DNA from: Deltaproteobacteria bacterium
Lineage (GTDB): Bacteria; SAR324; NAC60-12
Direction: 5' to 3'
Assembly: GCA_002683655.1 (NCBI GenBank)
Contig: NYTS01000078.1
Coordinates: forward strand, 6,683 to 70,682
DNA length: 64,000 nucleotides
Position 1 is the first letter of the stretch. The number at the start of each line of letters is the position of its first letter. Under the pieces are notes generated by a model. It saw only the letters and a program-made list of their open reading frames with translations, was not told the origin of the DNA and made no database searches. The translations under genes and the position numbers were made by a program. This document shows positions 58,182-64,000 of this stretch, in pieces.

Positions 58182-58474
58182 GCGCCCCTGAGGCTAGCAC
58201 TGCCGAGTTGGGTTTCTAGGCTGGCTTCCAATTGCACAATGTTCTGCTGCTCAATCTCCAACACGTGTTTATAAGCTTTGATCAATCTCAGCAATTCCTC
58301 AGCATCAGCTTCAGACCATCGAAGTTGATCTGGTTCAGAACCGAGGATGGCGTTGATTCGAAAGCGCATCACATCAACTAAGGGGAGATGAGTTGTACGC
58401 TTTGAGGAGTATTTATCCAAAAAACGCTGGATATTGATCAATGTATCTGACTGCCAATCCTTAATATCACTCAT
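58178..58474 (-). CDS. Hypothetical small protein (98 aa), coupled to DUF455
   Basis: A 4-nt ATGA overlap with the DUF455 start and an 8-nt overlap with the rmlD-like stop. It has no recognisable motif. Confidence 0.45.
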   Translation of the reverse strand: MSDIKDWQSDTLINIQRFLDKYSSKRTTHLPLVDVMRFRINAILGSEPDQLRWSEADAEELLRLIKAYKHVLEIEQQNIVQLEASLETQLGSASLRGA

Positions 58475-59348
58475 CTTGGGATTGCTCGTGGAGTCTTTTG
58501 AGAACGGAGTCGACAGCTTCTTCCCACATCATAGGCTGAGAACCTGTTAATTCTTGGTAACGTTGATTTGAAAGTACTGAATAAGCGGGCCGCGGAGCAG
58601 GCAAAGGATATTGACGTGTTTGAATCGGAGTGATCTTAGGCAGAGTCGGGACTAGGCCTATTTGATAAGCTTGTTTGAGCGTATAATTTGCTAACTCGAA
58701 CCAACTACATGAGTTCAAACCTCCGAAGTGAATATAATTTTGCACATTCCCTCTGATGAGTTTGCAAAGGGCCAAAGCCAAATCTCTAGTCCAAGTAGGC
58801 GAGCCGAATTGGTCTGAAACGACTCTGATTTGATCTCGTTCACTTCCCATTCGAACCATTGTTCGAACAAAATTATTGCCGTGTGCAGCAAATAGCCAAG
58901 ATGTCCTGACTATTAGCCAATCAGCATCACTCGCTTCAATTCTCGCTTCCCCGTCTCTTTTGCTCTTCCCATATACACTAAGGGGTACTGTATAGTTCGA
59001 TTCAGTAACAGGGGTACTGTTGCTTCCATCAAAAACAAAATCCGTTGACAAATGAACGATCTTCACCCCAGATCGATGACAAACTTCCGCCAATTTTCCA
59101 ACACTGATTCCATTGACATGGAATGCGAGAGCCGATTCCGTTTCTGCCTTATCGACCTTTGTGTACGCTGCGCAGTTCAGCAGGATATCAGATCGATAAT
59201 TTTTGATAATGCTCTCTACTTGGCCCTGATTCGTAATGTCCAATTCTTCACGAGGGGGGGCATAACACTCGAATTCGGGGAATTGATCCAAAACAGACAA
59301 AAAGTCTTTAGCTAACATTCCCTCGCCACCTGTTAGCAAAATCTTCAT
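58467..59348 (-). CDS. rmlD: dTDP-4-dehydrorhamnose reductase (RmlD family NAD(P)-dependent reductase)
   Basis: MKILLTGGEGMLAK…, YTKVDKAE, STDFVFDG, YGKSK and DQFGSPT are collinear with RmlD. Confidence 0.8.
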   Translation of the reverse strand: MKILLTGGEGMLAKDFLSVLDQFPEFECYAPPREELDITNQGQVESIIKNYRSDILLNCAAYTKVDKAETESALAFHVNGISVGKLAEVCHRSGVKIVHLSTDFVFDGSNSTPVTESNYTVPLSVYGKSKRDGEARIEASDADWLIVRTSWLFAAHGNNFVRTMVRMGSERDQIRVVSDQFGSPTWTRDLALALCKLIRGNVQNYIHFGGLNSCSWFELANYTLKQAYQIGLVPTLPKITPIQTRQYPLPAPRPAYSVLSNQRYQELTGSQPMMWEEAVDSVLKRLHEQSQDE

Positions 59349-60736
59349 ACCGAAACCAATGACTGAAGACTTTCTCGTAGAGAATTTAACTGAGATTTCA
59401 TCACTGTGCGCAGATCTAATAGGACATTATCTTTCCGGATCACCCCAACAATGGCAGGGCTTCTAGAGCGAAGCCTTTGGTGAATTTCTGAAGCTGAAAT
59501 TTTTTTATGGTGCAAGCAAAGAGCTGCAGAAGGTAATTTTACTTCAGGTATTCCTCCTCCTCCAGCCATAGATTCATTTTCATGAACGGTCAATTTCCAC
59601 TCAGGGCCGATAGAAATTTTGCTATGCAGATCAATTACATATCCAAGAATCTCTTCTTTGGTTCTTTCCAGAAATTCAAGAGTGGGAATTTTTTGAACAA
59701 CACTACTCATGTTCCCGTAAGCAGTCAGGATCTGTTCCAGCAAACAGAGAGAAGCCTTATCAAGACGGACCGTACGATAGAGTGGATGATTCCTTATTTT
59801 CTCCAAAAGAATTTTTCTCCCAAGAACAATGCCTGCTTGGGGGCCTCCTAGAAGCTTGTCTCCGCTGAAACACATCATGTCAACTTCAGTTGCGATCTCC
59901 TGTTGCACTGTAGGAACATGCTGAAGTTCTGGTTGTTGAAATCGATAAAAAGTTCCACTGCCCCAATCATACAGAGTTGGAATCTCAACTGTTTTCGACC
60001 ATTTAACCAATTCGTTTAAAGAAACTTCTTCAGTGAATCCCTGGATGTAGTAGTTAGATGGGTGCACCTTAAGGACAGCTATGGTTCTTTCACTGAGGCT
60101 ATTTTGATAATCGCTGAGGCGAGTTCTATTTGTTGTGCCAACTTCAATTAGCTTTGCACCAGCTTCCCTAAAGATGTCTGGAATCCTAAAGGATCCACCA
60201 ATTTCAACCAGCTCACCTCTTGAAACCAAAACCTCTCCCCCTTCACAGAGGGCTTTCATCATCAGAAAAACTGCTGCTGCATTGTTATTAACAACAATTG
60301 CTGATTCGGCCCTGCTGAGATTACACAGCAGGCTTTCAATACGGTCCATTCGTTGGCCTCTTTCACCGGATGCCAAATCCAATTCAAGGTCAGAATATTG
60401 GGATAATGATAGGATGGCCTGAGCTAGATGTTCTTCACCAAGTGGGGCTCTGCCCAAATTGGTATGGAGCACAACGCCGGTGGCGTTAATGACTGGGGAA
60501 AGTTGGGTAGGCTTTCTTTGAGTGAATCTCTTTTTTGCTTGGGACAGAATTCCTGTCCGAGAGCACATCCACTCAGGGAGACCACTCTCGGAGGAACATT
60601 GATTGTAGTTTAGTCGTAAGTCATCTAGCCAAGCTTCGATTTGCCTACGCTGCAATTTTACGTTTGTAAGACCAGCCTGTGATAGGGTCAGTTCAATTTC
60701 CTGGATCGACGGGAGATTATGATACCAGGAAAACAT
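59345..60736 (-). CDS. selA: L-seryl-tRNA(Sec) selenium transferase (selenocysteine synthase) SelA
   Basis: VINATGVVLHTNLGRA, VNNNAAAV, SRGELVEIGGSFRIPD, EVGTTNRT, KVHPSNY.IQGFT, FSGDKLLGGPQAGI and KLPSAAL are strongly collinear with E. coli SelA. Confidence 0.85.
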   Translation of the reverse strand: MFSWYHNLPSIQEIELTLSQAGLTNVKLQRRQIEAWLDDLRLNYNQCSSESGLPEWMCSRTGILSQAKKRFTQRKPTQLSPVINATGVVLHTNLGRAPLGEEHLAQAILSLSQYSDLELDLASGERGQRMDRIESLLCNLSRAESAIVVNNNAAAVFLMMKALCEGGEVLVSRGELVEIGGSFRIPDIFREAGAKLIEVGTTNRTRLSDYQNSLSERTIAVLKVHPSNYYIQGFTEEVSLNELVKWSKTVEIPTLYDWGSGTFYRFQQPELQHVPTVQQEIATEVDMMCFSGDKLLGGPQAGIVLGRKILLEKIRNHPLYRTVRLDKASLCLLEQILTAYGNMSSVVQKIPTLEFLERTKEEILGYVIDLHSKISIGPEWKLTVHENESMAGGGGIPEVKLPSAALCLHHKKISASEIHQRLRSRSPAIVGVIRKDNVLLDLRTVMKSQLNSLRESLQSLVSV

Positions 60737-60738
60737 GA

Positions 60739-63567
60739 TTAGCTAACATTAGATGCTACAGTCTTTTCGTCAGGTTGTAATCCAACTTGATCGTCAGAAA
60801 CATTAGCATTTCTATTCATGGATGAATTGATTTCGGAAACCTCAGCTTCCAGTTTGGAAGATGATTGTTCTTCTTCACTTGCATCACTCATAGCAGGTTG
60901 CTTCTTCCGAGTACGAGTCGTCTTGGAGGCCGTCTTTCTGGTTCCGCGCTTCGCTAATTTTGGCATCTCTACCACAGGAGCTAAGGAATCAGGTTGCTCC
61001 TCCAAATTTACTTCTAGCGTTTGATCTGATAGCTCTGAAGATTCAGAGTTTGCCGAATCTTCTAAATTTTCCTCCTCCTTGCAAGGGGTTTCAGGTGAAT
61101 GCACCTCTTCGCTAGTAGTTTCCTCAGTTGGATTTTCAATCTCACCCTTCTCATCCCCTGAGTCTTCAGGTACTTTTTCAGTAATTGCCTCAGACTCTGT
61201 AGCTGAAGGATCTTCAGAAAGTTTCGACTCGTCTGAAATGAAGTTTTCTTCGGAGAGAGGGATTGCCTTGTGCTCTGAAGAAGGATCCAAAATCTTTGTC
61301 TCTTCGGAGTCTGTCTGGGCAGATGACTGGTCTTGGGCAGTAGATACGTTCTTTTTGGAAAGCGTCAAGTCTTCGAAGGGCTTGGTTGTCTCTAAAGGTT
61401 CTTGAGCGCTGTTGTCTACAATTGAGTGTTCCGTCGAAGTCAAGTCCTGTGAACCCAACTCTTGGACTTCGACGGAAAGTGCGTTTCCCAGGATTTCTTT
61501 TGCTGCAGGTTGATGGAGCAAATTTCCTTGGGCGTCAATATGAGTGCTGCTGAAAACGATGGTATGAGGTGGAAGCGTCCTCAGTTTTCTTCGCCAAGGT
61601 GAAATAGGCAGGGGTTGCCATGGGGAGTCATCCTCCTTGCCATTTTTCTCATGGACGCTGCTGTAGACTGTCCAACCTGCCGAACGTTTCGGTTTGGGTG
61701 GAGGTTCTTCAAACTCATCTGTTGGAGCAACATTTTCATCATCTTTAGCAACGTTATCATCTTGTTGATCTAGTTGATCATCTGATGACTCATCGTTGAA
61801 ATCAGGACGTCCACGACCTCGGCCTCTACCTCTGCCACGATTTCTTGAGCGAGATTTTTGTTGTTTGCTTTCATCCTCCTCGTCTTCGTTGCCTGAATTG
61901 TTTTCAGCGACTGATTCAAGAGGATTAGCCACCTCTTCTAAAAGTGTATCTTCCAGTTCCTCATTTTGCTCTTTAGCAGGATGAGGTTCTTTGTGGATGC
62001 GGAAATCTCTTCGTGCTCTTGCTCTGAAATCACGATTTCGATAAGCCTCACGGGGGTCACTGTCAACGGCCTCCTGAACGAGGCCTCCGTCACGCCCAAC
62101 AAGTTCAATATCTGGAATCTCACATGGAGTAAGGCTGGGATCGGGCGTGATCTTGATCCTAAGAGAATATTCCATCTCCAATTGATAGAGATGCTTTCTT
62201 TTCTGGTTTAGTAATTGTTCCGCCAACACGAGGGGGAGTCGTAAACGTACCTCTTGAATTTTGCCACTAAGAACCAGATCTCTCATCTGTCGCAGCAGCT
62301 TATTTGCGAGCGAAGAGTTCGAGATGACTTTCCCAGAGCCATGGCAGGCCGGACAAAGTTCTTTTCCACTTTGAGAGAGACTTGATGCAATCCGCTGTCG
62401 GCTCATCTCCATTAGTCCGAATTGGGAAATTTCGCCCAGAGTCCACTTAGCTTTGTCTTTGGACAGGGATTCTGAGAGACATTGAACTACTGCCTGACGA
62501 TTCTGGCTATGGTTCATATCAATGAAATCAATAACAATCAGACCCCCAAGATTCCGAAGTCGAAGTTGCCGCGCTACTTCTTCAGCGGCCTCAATGTTGG
62601 TCCGGAGTGCAGTCTCCTCAATATTTTTTTCCTGGTTAGATTTACCAGAATTGACATCAATCGAAACAAGAGCCTCTGTTGGCTGAATCACCAAACTACC
62701 TCCAGAAGGCAAGGGCACTTGGGGGTGGTTCAACCATTCGATTTGATCTTCAATTCGATGCTCAGAGAATATTGGGCGCTCTCCAAGGTAAAGTTGAAGC
62801 TTCTTTTGACGACCTGGCATGTTGGTCTGGAAGAATTCTAACGCTCTCTGGAAGGCTTCAGGATCATCGATGATGACATCATCCACATCATCCGTGAAGT
62901 AATCCCGCAGCATCCTAACGACAGCATCTTCCTCTTGGTGTAAGAGGGTTGGTTTTGAGGAACCTTCAAAGCTTTGCTTGATCTGATTCCACGTTCTCCG
63001 AAGTGTCATAAAATCTTGCTTCAATTCACTCAAGCTTCGGTCCACTCCTGCTGTACGAATGATTGCCGAGGCGTCTTCACTTCCCAGCCCCTTGAGCAAA
63101 TGCTTGAGGCGAGTTCTTGATTCGTTATCCTCGATTCGTTTGGATACTCCTCCCTTGTCGCTATTAGGCATGAATACGAGAAAACGCCCAGGAAGTGAAA
63201 TATTCGTTGTCAAAGCAGCACCCTTGTGAGCAATCTCATCCTTTGCCACCTGAACCATGATTTTCTGGCCAGAATGAAGCAGTTGATTGATGGCAGGTCT
63301 CCCGCGAATCCCTCTTGGTGCCTTGAAAAGCATTTGGTTTAAATCAGAAGCTGCAAGGAAACCATGACGTTCTGCGCCATAGTCAACAAAAGCGGCTTGA
63401 AATGAGGATTGGATCTTCACCACATTGCCGATGTAGATATTCCCTACGGTTTGGGCTCGGTGGGTGTAATCAATGTAGAGATTGTCCAGCATCTGATTGT
63501 TGGCAATCGCGATGCGTGTCTCATCATCTTCAACATTGATCAACATGTTTTTGTTGGAATCTGACAT
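60739..63567 (-). CDS. rne: Ribonuclease E (Rne), with an Arg-rich and acidic scaffold C-terminus
   Basis: It has the N-terminal S1/catalytic domain (MLINVEDDETRIAI…VGNIYIGNV…), a Zn-link CPxCxGxG, a Gly-Arg repeat (RSRNRGRGRGRGRGRPDF) and a long E/D/S-rich tail. 942 aa. Confidence 0.85.
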   Translation of the reverse strand: MSDSNKNMLINVEDDETRIAIANNQMLDNLYIDYTHRAQTVGNIYIGNVVKIQSSFQAAFVDYGAERHGFLAASDLNQMLFKAPRGIRGRPAINQLLHSGQKIMVQVAKDEIAHKGAALTTNISLPGRFLVFMPNSDKGGVSKRIEDNESRTRLKHLLKGLGSEDASAIIRTAGVDRSLSELKQDFMTLRRTWNQIKQSFEGSSKPTLLHQEEDAVVRMLRDYFTDDVDDVIIDDPEAFQRALEFFQTNMPGRQKKLQLYLGERPIFSEHRIEDQIEWLNHPQVPLPSGGSLVIQPTEALVSIDVNSGKSNQEKNIEETALRTNIEAAEEVARQLRLRNLGGLIVIDFIDMNHSQNRQAVVQCLSESLSKDKAKWTLGEISQFGLMEMSRQRIASSLSQSGKELCPACHGSGKVISNSSLANKLLRQMRDLVLSGKIQEVRLRLPLVLAEQLLNQKRKHLYQLEMEYSLRIKITPDPSLTPCEIPDIELVGRDGGLVQEAVDSDPREAYRNRDFRARARRDFRIHKEPHPAKEQNEELEDTLLEEVANPLESVAENNSGNEDEEDESKQQKSRSRNRGRGRGRGRGRPDFNDESSDDQLDQQDDNVAKDDENVAPTDEFEEPPPKPKRSAGWTVYSSVHEKNGKEDDSPWQPLPISPWRRKLRTLPPHTIVFSSTHIDAQGNLLHQPAAKEILGNALSVEVQELGSQDLTSTEHSIVDNSAQEPLETTKPFEDLTLSKKNVSTAQDQSSAQTDSEETKILDPSSEHKAIPLSEENFISDESKLSEDPSATESEAITEKVPEDSGDEKGEIENPTEETTSEEVHSPETPCKEEENLEDSANSESSELSDQTLEVNLEEQPDSLAPVVEMPKLAKRGTRKTASKTTRTRKKQPAMSDASEEEQSSSKLEAEVSEINSSMNRNANVSDDQVGLQPDEKTVASNVS

Positions 63568-64000
63568 CCTTCTCCTTAGTAAGGAAATTGGAGATGATGA
63601 CGCTTGGTTCCAAGAGGCGGGTCTTCTATTGGCAGTAACCTATTGGCGGACAGAAAGAACTTGGAGTAGGCTTCAGTTAGTTGGATTCAAAGACTAACTT
63701 TGCCCAGATTTTCAGCAGTCCAACAATACTTTGATTGCTGTGATTTCTTCAGACAAAGTCTTGAAGATTTCAAAACTGTGGAAACCAGGATCCAACAAAT
63801 TTGGTGTTCAAAATTCGATTCGTTGAAGCAGAGGAAAGACAGTTCCTCAAATTTTCATCGTGATCTGAGCTTCTGAATAATTGTGCCTATTGTTTTCTGG
63901 CGTCATTAGGTTCTGCTTTTGGAAGCAGGACCAAGACTGCAAGTGCAGTCCGAAACTGAGCGTCAGGGCGTGCTATTCGGTGTCCTTCATCGGAACTACC

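Noticed and set aside
59345-60736. I looked for a tRNA-Sec (selC) or SECIS hairpin next to selA
   Set aside because: The flanking regions are fully coding (rne is 2 nt upstream and rmlD-like overlaps downstream). No tRNA-like T-arm or acceptor pattern was found by eye anywhere in the window.
61796-61860. The (CGN GGN)5 repeat encoding RGRGRGRGRG looked like a tandem DNA repeat or CRISPR-like element
   Set aside because: It is the Arg-Gly RNA-binding segment typical of RNase E and is a single short array inside a CDS, with no spacers.
60739-63567. Many ORFs of 60-120 aa on the opposite strand and other frames inside rne (e.g. 60818-61024, 61079-61405, 61796-61984)
   Set aside because: They lie within the low-complexity acidic/Ser-rich RNase E C-terminal region, where long stop-free stretches arise by chance, and they have no motifs. 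The rne frame is collinear with RNase E throughout.
1-64000. CRISPR arrays, integrases, transposases, toxin-antitoxin or other defence-island hallmarks
   Set aside because: I found no regularly spaced direct repeats, no recombinase/transposase-like ORFs and no small paired ORFs with TA-like features. The window is metabolic and housekeeping throughout.

Overview
This 64 kb window reads as a chromosomal metabolic region of a bacterium with roughly 45% GC. It is gene-dense, most genes overlap by 4 or 8 nt (ATGA-type), and the intergenic spacers are AT-rich. I found no rRNA or tRNA genes, CRISPR arrays, transposases, integrases or phage genes. From start to end: (1) a peptide-type ABC transporter fragment consisting of a fused DppC-like permease/DppD-like ATPase followed by a DppF-like ATPase, then a decayed M42 aminopeptidase, an M20 amidohydrolase and a GntR regulator that appears frameshifted; (2) a DUF898 membrane protein paired with an M48 metallopeptidase; (3) a minus-strand operon that links a PotD/PotABC-family ABC importer to an isochorismatase-like hydrolase and an (alpha/alpha)6 glycosidase, followed by an orphan iolD and a PhyH-family dioxygenase; (4) a PilZ protein and a molybdopterin oxidoreductase, divergently transcribed from an extremely AT-rich spacer; (5) a carbohydrate/N-acyl-sugar-like cluster made of an AGE-family epimerase, an amidase, an amidohydrolase-2, a CUT1 sugar ABC importer, a Gfo/Idh/MocA oxidoreductase, an SDR and a Zn-ADH; (6) a coenzyme F420 island containing fbiC (fused CofG/CofH), a ribose-type ABC importer, cofC, cofD, cofE, an aminotransferase embedded in the operon, fno and a split-barrel FDOR/PPOX-like protein carrying a Cys/His-rich insert; (7) a beta-hydroxyacid dehydrogenase, an AKR-RidA fusion, and a Liv-type ABC importer operon that also encodes a paralogous AKR and a small CPDP-x-CGG protein; (8) a decayed second PhyH gene, DUF455, an rmlD-like gene, selA (Sec synthase) and RNase E, apparently in one minus-strand transcription unit. 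Three loci show in-frame stops and/or homopolymer frameshifts. These are either real gene decay or consensus errors in a draft (MAG/SAG-type) assembly, and I flag this throughout. The combination of F420 genes, many paralogous oxidoreductases, PhyH genes and numerous ABC importers is reminiscent of marine Chloroflexota (SAR202-like), but that taxonomic guess is low-confidence inference.
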